Source of the DNA: Felis catus
Taxonomy: Eukaryota
NCBI RefSeq assembly: GCF_018350175.1
Contig: NC_058368.1
Coordinates: forward strand, 44,890,001-44,954,000
Direction of reading: 5' to 3'
Length of the DNA stretch: 64,000 bases
Positions within the stretch are counted from its first letter, which is position 1; each line of letters starts with the position of its first letter. Shown here one piece after another: positions 1-13,450 of the stretch. The translations under genes were made by a program, and so were the position numbers. The notes below the pieces were generated by a model. That model saw only the letters and a program-made list of their open reading frames with translations, was not told the origin of the DNA and ran no database searches.

Positions 1-707
1 CATCATACAGTGTTTTACAAATATTCAGATATCCAAGGATATGCTCCTCAGACTTCAATATTAGAAACCTGTGTTTATATTGAGTAAAATATTTGTTTTT
101 ATTTTATAACATAACTGATTATGCTTCTTTCTTTGCCTTGGTGACTGAGAAGTTAAAACAAACTGGTGTGTAATTTCTATGAATACAACAGAAACTTAAG
201 ACTCTTATGGTGCAAATCATACCAAAGGTGGTGTGGATTTGAATTTGGATGCTCTTTTCAGGTCTTTTTTACTTGAATTTCAATGCCTTACACATCATAG
301 ATACTTAGGCATGATATTAAGACTAAAATTATAGTCTTGTGCCTTCTGTAAATGACTTTTTATATTTGTTCTTCCTTTATTGTTCTACTTCAGTCAGAAA
401 AATAGAGGGGAGATTGAAAGGGATAACTATAAGAAAATATAACTTGTCACTGGACAGATTTTACAGCAACATTTCATAGAAGTACGTGCTCATAGAACTA
501 GGCTCGATTGAAGTTATCTACAAAGTTGCTCCATCTTGGGATGCTGAAAGATTTTATGCACTAAGTTGGATGGTTGTGATGTGGAAATAAAAAAGGCTGC
601 AGTTTTGACATTTTATTACCTGCAATCTCCCCAGATTGAGAGTTCTACCCGTGAAGGCAGCCATACACCCACTGCCTCTGTTCTCCATGGCTTCTGAGTT
701 GCCAGAT

Positions 708-739
708 GTTTTTTTGTTTGTTTGTTTGTTTGTTTGTTT
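708..739. repeat. (TTTG)n microsatellite
   Basis: tttg tandem run. Confidence 0.9.
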
Positions 740-2837
740 AACAGATAACTTTCTTTGGAACACTATCTTGGCTCTCAAAATATGCTTAATATGTTATCTT
801 AGTCCTTTACTGCTATCATTATAGATCATTTCTGAGCTTTACCACTTTCACTTTCTGACTGTAAGTATTCATATTTTTCTTGACATTTTCACATATAACA
901 ATCCATAATCATAATCAATATTTCTTAGCCTCAAAATAGTTACAAAGTAACTATGTAACTATAGTTACAATAGTAACAAACGATATGTTATCATATGAAT
1001 GTACAGTTAACTCTCCAATACATGTCAAAACACTACCCTATACATTATTGATACCTTATTTCTCTCTCTTATGTATTTTACTTTGAAGTCATTTTAAGCC
1101 ATTTTGTGACATGGCAAATTCAAATTAAATGCATACAAATATGAGGTTTGTACTTGAGGTCCTGAATATATTTTCTGTAACTTAACTTGATAAATAATAA
1201 TAATTTGTCAAAAATGGTTAAATGTCCTATTATAGTAAAAATGCCCCTTTATCAGAAATTACAGCATGTAGTCCAAGAAAACACATAAAAATTATTAATG
1301 ACACATATTTCTAAGTATTGTTTACATTTTGCAGATACGGATGTATCAGAAATGAAAATGTCATATGTTAAACAGTAATTTTTATAATTCACACAAGAGA
1401 ATTCTGCCATTACTAGTCCATATTTTCTTTATTGATATTTTATTCTGCACTATGCTCCTCCCTCAATGCTTCCCCCCACTCCCCTAAATATTTCTTCAGA
1501 GAAGAAGAAAGATGGGGTGGGAAATAGATATCAGACTTGCATGAATGCCATTTAGTGGAATATTTTCTCTGGTGGAGGAATGTATGTGCTATGATGTGCC
1601 TAAGGAAGCTCAAGTGCAGTCTAAAGGAGTCAGGAATCAAGGTATTCCTTTATTATGACGAGCATACCATCCACTTCTGGCTGAAATGTTTCCCCTGTGG
1701 GGTAACACCACCTGTTATCTGAGGTTGACAAAGCATTTAAAATTAAAGTGCTTAGAGTTCTCATCATAAAATTTCCTGTCTCCAACATGAAGGAAAAATC
1801 TCTCCTGAATGAAAGTGGTAAACCAGACAAAATGGTAATTTCTGGAAGACTTCAGAAGGAGGCAGTGACTGGAGTTGTTTTATTTGCTTGTTTTTGTTTA
1901 TTGTTTTCACTTGTTTTTTTTACACAATAGTATCTGTGCAAAGAATCAGCTCTATCAAATTTTAAATGCAGAGCATTGAGAAATAGTCAAAACACAACTA
2001 AAGTAATATTTGAAAAGATGTGTATTGTTGAGAAACATATGTGAAGTTGGTGCTATATTTTCCCAACTGCACAACAAAACTGAATGTTATGAGAAGGACA
2101 GAGATGTGTGTAAAACATCCTGAAAATGTTAAATGTTAAACATGTAGTGTTTCCTATAATTCTTATTTACATAAAAATAACAAAACGAAATTAGACTTAA
2201 ATTTGCAGTTATGAAATTGTGAATGTCCAAGCTTGAGGATGATATTTTAAATGGTGCTATTATCAATCATAAATGGTTCTCCATTTGTAGCATCGATAAG
2301 CTTTCCTCAGGTTATTCATGATTTTGTGTAAAACGAAATTAACTGTAAGAAAAAATTTTGTTTGATGGCAGTTCATACTTGGAAAATGGAAGGTGACAAT
2401 AACGTTAAGTACATATAAGCAGCCTCTCTCTCATATTTATCAATCAGAAGGTTGAATAACTTTAGATCTAGCAGAAAGCACATTGAAATGTCATTGGGAA
2501 AACTAGACCATGCTTTCACATCCATGTAATTATGTGGATCTGTCTCTAATAAGATATTTTCATTTTTGTATCTGACAGTAAGATTTGACTGTGTGGAATG
2601 GGATAAAATATGCTAAAATAATGAATGCAATATGTGATAAAAACATAATTAAAATATATAAGGCAGCAAAATTACAAGTAGGTGACCTAAAAAAATGTAG
2701 CACTAAAAATGTATATAAAATCGTACATATGAATTAGAATTCATATTATAATACTAAAGCATATAATAAATCAGATTCAAAATTAATAAATGTTGACAAA
2801 ATGATTACTCCCTCCACAGTTCTGTCTTCAGCTTCAT

Positions 2838-3028
2838 TTAAAAAAAAATTTATTTGTTTTTGAGAGAGAGCACAAGGAAGGGAGGGGCAGAGAGAGAAAG
2901 AGAGAGAGACATGGAATCCGAAGCAGGCCCCAGGCTCTGAACTGTCAGTGCAGAGCCAAGGAGGGGCTATGAGATCATGACCTGAGCCAAAATTGGACAC
3001 TTAACCGACTGACCGACCCAGACACCCC
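2838..3028 (-). mobile_element. Can-SINE (short internal deletion)
   Basis: tRNA-like head at right, (AG)n, T tail; TSD cagcttcattt / cagcttcactt. Confidence 0.9.
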
Positions 3029-4049
3029 TCCAGCTTCACTTTTTATAATGGATTGTACAAAGGATTTGATGAAACTAATAAAAATACCTTTTATGAATAA
3101 TCATAATTGAGCACTGACAGTATGCTAAGAATTATGCTAACCTCACTTAATTTTATTTAATTACTCTTTAAAACAATCCTCTTACTTAGACATTATTATT
3201 TTTCCTTTCTTATAGTTGGCTAATATTAAGACTATAAATCTAAGTAATTTGATTTCTCTAGGTATGAAATGGGGGAGCCCAAGGGATATAATAAAAATAC
3301 TTGTGTAATAAGAAATAAGTACCTGCCAATTAGAATAAATGCCCAACAATTCAAATGACCACTGGGCTGCAACATCTCAGTGAGTTCTGGTTGAATATTA
3401 GTCTTGGAAGTCCAAAGAAAACCCCACATATTTCTGATGTTAAATTCTACATGATATCGCTCAAATGTAACAGAATCAAGTGTACAGATATTTTGAGATT
3501 AGAGTGATGGTTAAATAATCCTGAGAAAATATAGTCAAATATAAGATTAATGCACAAAAAATACATAGCATGTACTCTTCACGCATGCTATAGTGGCATA
3601 TGATTCATTTTCTGCCTTCCTAGCATCCAAAGCATAATGTAAGATCCAAAGGACATGTAAACAATTTTCCTGTACAATATCTAGTATGAAAAGGAAATCT
3701 AAAAAAATTATAAGATTGTGAGCAACAATAACATAAAATCCAAGAAGGTTTTTTTAAGAAGGCAAAGTTGATTATAAGATGAGACCTGAGAGATTTTCCT
3801 TACTTGGAGACCCAGAAAGCAAATGTGAGTTACAGGGCAGAAGAGACATAACCTTTCCTCTATCTCTAGTAAATATTAAGTTTCACAAAGCAATTTCTTT
3901 TTCAATCTGTCTATGAAATCCCATAGCATGAAGCCAGGATGCAGTTCAGTAATAACAATAACAGAACATTGTGAAATATTCAGAAAGTGTACATAATTTT
4001 CATTATTTAATTTAATACAAAATTTTTCCCTAAATTAGTTTATTCATTG

Positions 4050-4051
<2 letters not shown>

Positions 4052-4097
<46 letters not shown>
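4052..4097. repeat. (CA)n microsatellite
   Basis: Uninterrupted AC run. Confidence 0.97.
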
Positions 4098-4099
<2 letters not shown>

Positions 4100-5227
4100 G
4101 TTCTTGAGTTAATGAAAAGGGAGAAGTATGATGGCAATATACAACTGATTGATTTTTATTTTTATAATTTTCCTTTTTTTCTTAATGGATATATAGGTTA
4201 TTTCAGCACCCTATGGAAATTATTAATTCAAAATTGTAATTGATTGGTAATAATAATAGATAAAGCCAGTCTTTAAAGGTTCAATTTATTAAATTGAGGA
4301 AAGAAATTTTCCATGTAGTAAAAGTTCTTACTTTAAGACTAATATTCTGCTAATGTGCTTGCATAATTCATGCCACTTGAATTAAACCAGTAATAAAAAT
4401 GCAACAATAATTTACTTTTAATTACAACAAAAAACTCTGAAGGGAGTTTAGAATATTCAGTCCAAGCTGACTATATTGATGTATGCTTTTTAAATATTAA
4501 AACAGAACATTAAACATCTCAGCTCCTGTGTGTGTATATTTATTTCGTTCAAATGTTTTGAAGTAAGCAGAAGTCATTTTAACATTTGTTAGCATGTACT
4601 AAGACTTTAATTAACTTCAGTGGCACACAAACCTTTTTTTTTTTATTATTATTTTTTATAAGGAAGTTAACTCTTCAGTATGATGAAAGGTTTGCCATTT
4701 GGCAGTTTAATTTTCTACCTCTCTTCTTAATACCACTGCTAGATGGACAGCTTCCTTTATTTAAACCGTGTCCTTATCAGTTCTCTACAGGACCTGACAC
4801 ACTTAGCTAGTAACCCTGCAATCCCATCTCTCACATTTGTTAGAACTCTATTTCCTTACGCATCAATGAACACAGTATATTTTCAAGTATGTCCAGATAG
4901 TAGGGACTATGTAAAAGATAAACCAGAAGGAAATTTCTATCAACCTGAAAGCAACTTTAAAACACAGTGAACTCCAGAGCATTCTTTTCAAATATATTAC
5001 ATTTCCTCTTTCATTTTCACAATGTGATCATCAATTTTTGGCTAGAACTGAAATACGTGTGTGTACACATATCTACATATATATTTATTTATATACACAA
5101 TCAATATAATAGTCTTCAAAATTTTCTTTATACCCCTCTCTAATGAAGAAATATTAGACTGTGTATATCAAAAGTATGTTTAGACAAAATGAAGACAACA
5201 AAGGTTATCTTAAACCCTAAACTCAAA

Positions 5228-5422
5228 AGTCTCTCTATACTTGAGTGTCTTATGGTATGTTTCCCTCTGTCTATTTTTTGTCCCCCTATGTTCATCATTT
5301 TTGTTTCTTAAGTTGCACATATGAGTGAAATCATATGGTATTTGTCTTTCTCTGACTTATTTCACTTGGCATAATGCATTCTAGCTTGATGAGGTCCCAG
5401 TAGTTCACTTTTGCCTTTGCAT
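5228..5422 (-). mobile_element. LINE-1 fragment (3' region)
   Basis: catatgagtgaaatcatatggtatttgtctttctctgacttatttcact is antisense L1. Confidence 0.75.
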
Positions 5423-7013
5423 CCAGTCTGCATTTATATTTTGTCTTCTGGACCCTAGTGTGACCTGATTCATGCATTGTGCTTACATATTATTAGCTGA
5501 ATTTTAGTTTGATTTAAAAAAAAACTGATACGCAATCTTATAATTATATATCCTTTGGATTGCAACTAAGAATTCAAACTTTAAATGTAAGGCAGAATTG
5601 TTAAAGGGCACCATTTTATAATATACACTGTTGCTTAAATGGGCCTTTGTTCTCTGAAGAGCTAAGATCATACTCAGATTTCTTGCTTAAAGCCATAAAG
5701 AAAATCCAATGAAAAGTTTTAAAAAGAAGAAATTTTGAAACACTTTAAACACCCAATTAAGAATTTTGGAAACTGATATGAACCACATATTAGATATACA
5801 ATTATTTCTAACACCAGTGTAAATTTTCATTTCCTTTTCATTCTTAAGCTATGACAATGTGTGAAAAAAAATTGACCTAAAGGTGCCTTTTAAGTAACGC
5901 TTATTTTGATACGGTAATAGACATTGTTTTTATCACTGTATCTTAATCCTTCAGACTTCTAAACATGTACAATTTTGTAAACACAAAGACCTTATTGATT
6001 TTCTTTACCCTATCTTACATATTGTTAGTATTAACCTTTTTATTATTATATATTTTTCCTTTAAAAATATTCATACTCCCTTTGAGCTATTACCATCACT
6101 GCAGTCACCCTGGGTACCCAAGTCACTGTCCCTAGTAACCAGAAAAAAAAAACCCACAAAACTGTAAATATTGCCTTAGTTCTTACTGAATCTCTACCAT
6201 GCCCCTGGTCTCATTTCTTCTTATTCTAATTTGTTACAGTAGGAGAAAAGAGGGGTAGACAGGGAGGGTGTCTCCCACGTCTTACTATGTACAAATTTTA
6301 CTATCTGAAATTCCTTAAGGGATAATTTCTCATTCTTTGAATCAAAGATTATTAAACCCTATAATCATTGAAGTTTATCTTAGTCAAAAGTCTATTTCAA
6401 GCTATGTTATCCTTTCATTCTTTTCCTTAATATCTAAGCTAATGAAATAAATTAAGCACACAGGGTTCTCTCAAACCTTACAGAATTTCCAGATCTCATG
6501 GAAATTTTTATCTGTTTAAATCATTTTAAAGCGATCTTATGTACCTGTATTGAATACTTTATTTCTACAGCTAATAGTTAGCTATCAGTTCTTGACATAG
6601 TGGATCCTCCTTAATTTCTCCAAAGCCTCTCAAACCTCAATTTAAGAAAACATTACCAAATAACTGCCTGATATCTTTACTGCTTATTCATTTTTTCCCT
6701 CTTCGATGAGGCATTTATTTTTATCCTCCTATCAAGAAAACTCTCAGAGACCAGCTAGCACACTACGTAAGTGGACACATAGACAGGTACCTTCTATTAT
6801 TCCCTTCCTGTCATTTGCTCACTTGATCTCTTCTATTATTACATTTTGTTATATATCTATATAGATAGATAGGTAGATAGATAGATATAACAAAAGACAA
6901 AGTATTTTATGTTATGCCTAAAATTCTCCCAATATCAGCTTGTAAATCATTTGCTCATCTAACATTTCTATAAACTAACAATTAGAAATTTATGAACTAC
7001 CAGTGAGTATGGA

Positions 7014-7893
7014 TGTTGGAGAAAAAACCAAAGTGACAGTGGCACGTGAAAGGCCACTTTGTATCCTGTCTGTCCTCTATAAAGCAGAGCAAAATCTGGG
7101 TCATTACATTCAGCAGGGAGCTTTGAAACACCTTCCAACTTTGTGCTGCATGATGATGAGTGTCTTTTGACCTAGTTTTGAACAAGAGAAATGCAAGGTT
7201 GCCAGGCCATAGAGGCTGTAAGGATTGGATTTATGCTTTTCTGTTGCTAGAAAGATCCCTAAAATGGAAGCTTCATGATTCTTCTCTTTCAAGGAAACAC
7301 TAATGTGGTTATGTTTGCCATCTCTTGGCTGAGAGGCCAAAGGTCCTTTCTGCTACTATTTCAGGCTAGAAGCAGATTGAAAACAATTAAGATGGTCTTG
7401 ATGGCCCTTCAGCTTGACGAGGATATAAACAGGCTACTTTCTAAACATTAGGCCTTTGGTCTCCCTTTCCTTAGAAAATTTACTCCAGAAAACTTGCAAT
7501 TATAAATTCTTTCTCTAGCCCTTTGAGATGCTAATAATTTGAAAAGCCTTTTTGCCAGTTTTACAAGCCAGGAATCTTGCTCTCAAGGATCCGGAAGCAT
7601 TCTGTTTGAAACGCCAACTTCAAGGATGATAGCATCCTTATTTCTCAGTTCTTTGTGGGAGAGTAGAAGTGTACTTTGAGTGAGTGCCTTGCTCTAAGTT
7701 TTAAAATTACATCATATCGCAAAGGAAAAGTTTACTTTTACATCTGCAACCGCAGATGGCCTGTGTTCTCTCTCATCCTAGCATTTAAAAATCTTCTCTC
7801 CTTCCCCTTAAATACTGAATTCTGCCTCTCTTCCCTATTGCAACAGCCTTGTTGACTCTTTTAAATTTGCCCAGTGTAATATTTACTTTGACA
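7014..7893 (+). mobile_element. ERV1-type solo LTR (MER34/MER39-like)
   Basis: TG...CA termini (tgttggag...tactttgaca). Internal motifs tttctctagccctttgagatg and tttgtgggagagtag are typical of this LTR group. No clear TSD. Confidence 0.55.
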
Positions 7894-9163
7894 AAATAGA
7901 ATTTAAAAATAACTGAGGCTGGGAAATATCCATGTCTGTCCATCACATTGCTACTTTGAGATACAGCACCCAGAGCAGAAGCATTTTTCTTTTTCAAAAA
8001 GGCTTCATTTACTGATTGCTATATTAGCAAACTCCTCTGGATGAGAAGCCAAATCCTCCAGGAACACAGATTCCCAATAGTTTTATAAACTTTTCGTTAT
8101 AAACTTTTCTTACTTTCCCTGTAACCCGAAATATTACAAAATCACAGCTCCTTACACTGGGGTCCTCTGATTTGATAATCAGGTGCTAGCCTACCTTTTT
8201 TTGTCTTATTAAATACCAGGATTGAGAGTTCAGGCAAAATGAACCACCTGCCATTTCTAAAAAATATATATATATTACATCAATTCATTCTATCTGCCTT
8301 TGCTTCTATACCAAGATTTTATTATAATGTCTCCCCTTACCACACTAATTTTGGAAATTATTAAAATGTTTTAAATGAATATGAGCCCTGATAATGCCTG
8401 GAGAGTCAGGTTTTATGTCTTCAACTCTCTTTTAATGTATCACCTTATACTGTATTCATTCCCTCATTTAACTTCTCTACTTGGACTGTGAGCTTCTGTA
8501 AGACAAAGGCATGGCTGATTCATTGGTTTATTCTCCAGAGATACAGATGATACTTGTACCTTTGAAACATTCATCAAATGTTTGCTAATTGGCAAACTTA
8601 TCTGAATGTGGTAAACATAACATGGTGCAAAGGCCATTAGGAAACATCAACATAGTAGATCAGGAAGAAAATGCTTCAAAAATTAGTCACTTTCATAACT
8701 CTAAATATCTTCATTGTGCCTTTCAACTACATTTGTCAAATCCACATTAAATGTTCTGTGAAGATTTTAATGTTAAAATAATATATTACAAGGAGAAAAG
8801 AGTTCTTTCAACCCATACTTTCCAAAAGGAAAACAAATGAGAATCTATTTCCTTGACTAATGCTCTAAGTATAGATACCAACAAATTTTTATTTGAGAAT
8901 TAATAACCTCTCCCCAGCTCATTCCATTGACTATTTTTATAAACTTATTAAATCCTTTGTGGAAGGGAATAGGATATATGTATACGTATATACATTTTTG
9001 ATTTCACGACAAATGAACAAGTAGTCTGATTTTTCTGTTAGATAATCTTTCAACTGAAAAAAATAAAAAATACAAACTAAGCACGTTTTGAAGCTTTAAA
9101 TCCTATACCCAAATTCTAAAACTCACAAGACAGCAACATAAAGCTATAATTCTTTTACTGTAC

Positions 9164-9300
9164 CTGTATATGCAAACTGGACAAGGTCCCAGAGGGCATT
9201 GGGGTCTATGCCTTCCATCTTGATCTCCTCTTGTTTGGCTTCACAAACATCACTTGTAAACATGGCAGCAAAATAGTCGGAGACTGAGCTCAGGACAAGC
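9164..9300 (-). CDS. KLHL1: Kelch-like protein 1, next coding exon (probably exon 3); BTB/POZ domain core
   Basis: Not in the ORF track. Minus strand reads ctctttcAG|G CTT GTC... to ...TAT ACA G|GTacag: 137 nt, phase 2 to phase 1. It encodes [45 protein letters not shown](G) and continues the previous exon in frame (AHR-LVLS BTB motif). Confidence 0.95.
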
Positions 9301-9948
9301 CTGAAAGAGTCATAGGGTCTAATTTAGGTCACAAATGTAAAGCAGCAAAATGCTAAGTACTAATAAGAATGCAGTACAGACTCTATTTATCTACCTATAT
9401 AACATCTATGTATCTCTGTATCATCAATCTATTTACTGCCTTACATATTGTACTTTTCAAAACTAAATTAGGATCTTCTGTTCCACCTTTGGTCACAGAA
9501 CATTCTCCTACATTTTCGTCCATCATTTTAAACCATTTTTTTTTCTTTCTCACATTTAGTTCTTTGACCCTTTTAGATAGGAATCCAATTTTATTTCTGT
9601 CTACATACTCACCTACTTTTTACCATGCTATTTACTAAAGACTTTGATTTGCCCTTACTGAATTAATGGTGCCATCTATATTAAAAATTTGAGTCCTGAA
9701 TGTGTAGTTATCTGTGTCAGAGATTTCTATTGTTTTTTTTTGCTTATTTACCTGTTCTTGTGGTAATATAGTATTCTTTTTAATACTGTGATTCTAAATA
9801 TGGCTTTATAACCAAATGAGGAAAATCCTCTTGTCTTTATTTTTATTTAACTATTAGTGAAGTTTTATTCTTCATTTAAAGTTTAATGGAATTTTGTTAA
9901 GCTTTTCAAATAAGTTAAATGGAATTTTAATTAAAAATGCACTGGGGT

Positions 9949-10177
9949 GGGGCGCCTGGGTGGCGCAGTCGATTAAGCGTCCGACTTCAGCCAGGTCACG
10001 ATCTCGCGGTCCGGGAGTTCGAGCCCGGCGTCAGGCTCTGGGCTGATGGCTCAGAGCCTGGAGCCTGCTTCGGATTCTGTGTCTCCCTCTCTCTCTGCCC
10101 CTCCCCCGTTCATGCTCTGTCTCTCTCTGTCCCCAAAATAAATAAACGTTGGAAAAAAAATTTAAAAAAATAATAAA
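9949..10177 (+). mobile_element. Young SINEC_Fc-like Can-SINE
   Basis: CpG-rich head ggggcgcctgggtggcgcagtcg, (CT)n, A tail; TSD aaaaatgcactgggg. Confidence 0.95.
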
Positions 10178-10188
10178 AAAAATGCACT

Positions 10189-10392
10189 GGGGAGCACCTG
10201 GGTGGCTTAGTTGGTTGAGTGACCTGCTTGGTTTCAACTCAGGTCATGATCTCATGGTGTCGTGGGTTTGGGCCCAACGTCAGGCTCTGTCCTGGCAGCT
10301 CAGAGCCTGTTTGGGACTTCCTTTCTCCCTCTCTCTGCCCCTCCCCCATTCATGCTGTCTCTCTCTCTCTCAAAATAAATAAATAAACTTAA
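10189..10392 (+). mobile_element. Older Can-SINE
   Basis: Head, (CT)n, aataaa tail; TSD aaaaaaatgcactg. Confidence 0.9.
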
Positions 10393-11488
10393 AAAAATGC
10401 ACTGAATTTCTGATTTTATTTATGGGGATCACTGGCATATTTATAATTTAAAGTTATCCAACACAAAAGTATAAAATATCTCTCCATGTAGTCAGGATAT
10501 CTTGTCTGCTTTCTATTCAGATTTTAAAATTTTCCCTAAAATTGTCTTGTATATTCTTGGTTGCTTTCTTCATACTTTATAGTTTTGTTGGCCTTATGTG
10601 TCATAACTTAAGACAAATTCTATTATTTGTTGGTTTTTGTTGGTTTAAAATCCATTAGTTGAAATTGTCATAAATCCATCTTTTATCTGGCACATTTACT
10701 GAATTATCTTACTAGTTCTTTTGACTCTGCCACTTTTTTTTTCTAGGTAGATGATTATAACACCTGTAAATAATCTCATTTTGACCCATTCTTGTTTATT
10801 TTCTATAACACTTTTTCTTTTGCTTTTCTTAAAACGTCCTCCAGGACCTCAGGTGCTCCAGTGCTGTGTTGAACATACACTCTGCCAGGGGAGAAAATTT
10901 GTGTATTTCTCTATCCTAAAAGGAACACATCTAAAGATTCTCCTTTTAGTGAGATAGTTGCTGAATGGATTGGTATATAATTTTTATCACGTCAGAAAGA
11001 CCCCTTTAATTTCTAGCTTTGCTAGCCACTTTTGTAATTTATATGGGTGTTAAAATTCATAAAGCTCCTTTTATCTTAATCACAATTATCTTTAGGGTTT
11101 TTTATTTATAGTCACAAGAAAAATTAACCTATAAAATTTTATTTTGTGGTATTTTCTTATCTGATTTTTGAATTAATATTATATAACCTCATAAAATGAG
11201 GTGGCATCTTCAAGTCTTTTAAATTTTATATAGTGATTTATAGAAGAAAGCAATTAATTTTTGTTTTAAGATGTTCTAGAACTTACCCTAAAAATTTCTT
11301 GGTTTGACTATTTTGAGAAATGGTGACATGATCTCATTTCAATTATTTAATAAGCGGCATGGCTTATTTTTGTGCTCTATTTCTTCAACATCAACTTTTG
11401 CATTGAACATTTTTAAAAATTTACCCATCTTATCTAGATTCTCAGATTAATAATGTATATTAACATGTAAAAAATTATGCTTGGCTTT

Positions 11489-11685
11489 AGGATGCCTGGG
11501 TGGCTCAGTTAGTTAAGCTCTTGGTTTAGGCTCAGCTCATGATCTCAGGATTCATGACTTCAAGCCCCACATGACTGCTGCTAGTGCAGAGCCTGCTTGG
11601 GATTCTTCTTCTTTCCTTCTCTCTCTGCTCCTTCCCCTCTCACTCTCTCTCCCTCTCTCAAAATAAATAAATGAACTTTAAAAAG
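11489..11685 (+). mobile_element. Can-SINE
   Basis: gcctgggtggctcagtt head, (CT)n, aaataaataaa. Confidence 0.9.
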
Positions 11686-11841
11686 TAATATTAAAAGTTA
11701 AAAAAGTATATATTTTAATGTATTTGTTCATTTGGGTCAATCTTTTTGATGCTTTTTTTAAAATGTTCATTCATTAATATTTTAATTGCATCTTTTTGTT
11801 GTGTATATATGTATTTTTTTTAAAGTGGTTTTTCTTGAGTA

Positions 11842-11907
11842 GGTATCAGAATTTATTTTTTCTGTAAAGAGTCAGATATCAAGTATTTTAGGCATTGGGA
11901 TATATAT

Positions 11908-11952
<45 letters not shown>

Positions 11953-12088
11953 TATGTGCATATATAAATATATTTCCCTTTTCAAAAATGTTCATTTCAT
12001 TAAAATACAAGAATGAATTTTAGCTCATGATCCATTCAAAAGAATCTGTACACCAGATTTGGCCCCTGAACAGAAGTTGGCTGGCTCA
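11842..12088 (+). mobile_element. MER58-like hAT-Charlie relic with internal (TA/CA)n
   Basis: ttttctgtaaagagtcagata..aagtattttaggc at the start and ccagatttggccc..agttggctg at the end. Confidence 0.6.
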
Positions 12089-12222
12089 GTCTAGAGATTG
12101 AAATTTTGATTTTTAACTAATAATAGTATCATCAAATACACTGATACTACTTTATGAATACTGTAAAAGCCTTACAACAGCATAATTCTACTTACCCTAT
12201 CCTGGGCAATCAAAAATAAAGA

Positions 12223-12310
12223 AATTTATTTATTTATTTATTTATTCATTCATGCGTTTATTTATTTATTTATATTTTGAGAGAGAGAGACAGAGAGAGA
12301 GAGAGAGCTC

Positions 12311-12357
<47 letters not shown>

Positions 12358-12513
12358 AGCAGGGTGAGGGGCAGAGAAAGAGGGAGAGAGGGAATTAAGC
12401 AGGCTCCATGCCAAGAGCAGAGCCTGACTTGGGGCTCCATCTCACACCCAGAGATCATGACCTGAACAGAAATTGATTCCGATGCTTTACCAATTGAGTC
12501 ACTCAGTCACACC
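12223..12513 (-). mobile_element. Can-SINE with internal (CA)n and (TTTA)n tail
   Basis: Reverse head gagtcactcagtcacacc; (GA)n and (CA)n. Confidence 0.85.
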
Positions 12514-12757
12514 AAGAATTTTTTTAAAGAAGAATATATATGCGAAGGTAAATAAAAAATATTTTATATTTATCCCTTTCTTCATCTTTTCTGGGCTCTA
12601 TTCATTTCTGAAGAAGTAGACTTCCATCTGGTATCAATACCCTTTAACTGGAAGAACTTTCTTTAGTATTTATTGTACTGCAGGTCCGATAATAATAAAT
12701 TCTATCAGTTTTCATTGATCAAAAAAGGTCTTCATTTTGGTGTATTGAAAATATCTT

Positions 12758-12962
12758 GGGGAACCTGGATTGCTCAGTCAGTTAAGAGTCCGACCCTTGG
12801 TTTCAGCCACGTCATGACCTCACAGTTCATGGGATAGAACCTTGCACTGAGCTCTGTGCTGGGAGTGTGGAGCCTGCTTTGGGATTCTCTGTCTCTCCCT
12901 CTCTCTCTGCCCTTCTTCCACTCGTTCTTTCTCATTCTCTCAAAGTAAATAAATAAAAAAAA
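12758..12962 (+). mobile_element. Can-SINE
   Basis: Head, (CT)n, tail. Confidence 0.9.
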
Positions 12963-13278
12963 GAATATCATACAAAAGTTTTTTTCATTTGATATAGAAT
13001 TCTAGCATTTGGGGCTAGAAAAATAATAATCTGTTATGATATAGGGTCTAATGTTTATAATAGAAAATCAGCTTTCATTCTTATAATTGTTTTCCTGATG
13101 TACTATGTCCTTTATCTCTAATTGTTTTTACTTTCTTCCCCCTTTTTATCTTAGGATTTTAACAGTTTGACTGTTATGATGTGCCTCGATGTGGTTACTT
13201 GGTACTTACTCTGATTATGGTTTTCTGAGCATCCTGGAGCAGTGAATGGGCCTTTTGACAAATTTTAAGTTATCTGCA

Positions 13279-13450
13279 GGGTGCCTTGGTAGCTCAGTCA
13301 GTTCAGCATCCAAATGTTGGTTTCAGCTCAAGTCATGATCTGATGGTTCATGATTCAAGCCCCACATCACTCTCTGCACTGACAGTGTGTGGAGCCTGCT
13401 TGAGATTCTCTCTCTCTCTCTGCCCCTACCCAACTCACATGCCCTCTCTC
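13279..13450 (+). mobile_element. Can-SINE lacking its A tail
   Basis: Head and (CT)n present; ends abruptly at ctctctc. Confidence 0.85.

Larger units (their letters stand above)
9540..13260 (-). mobile_element. Highly diverged L1M remnants interrupted by SINEs and MER58
   Basis: T-rich antisense ORF2-like motifs (aacctcataaaatgag, ctttagtatttattgtactgcaggtc). Boundaries approximate. Confidence 0.45.

Noticed and set aside
1..9163. Next KLHL1 exon (BACK domain)
   Set aside because: No matching coding sequence recognised; probably beyond the left edge of the window.
9937..10382. Recurring ORFs of the GAPGWRSRLSVRLQPGHDL and MAQSVK..SAQVMIS types across the window
   Set aside because: All are Can-SINE translations, not a protein family.
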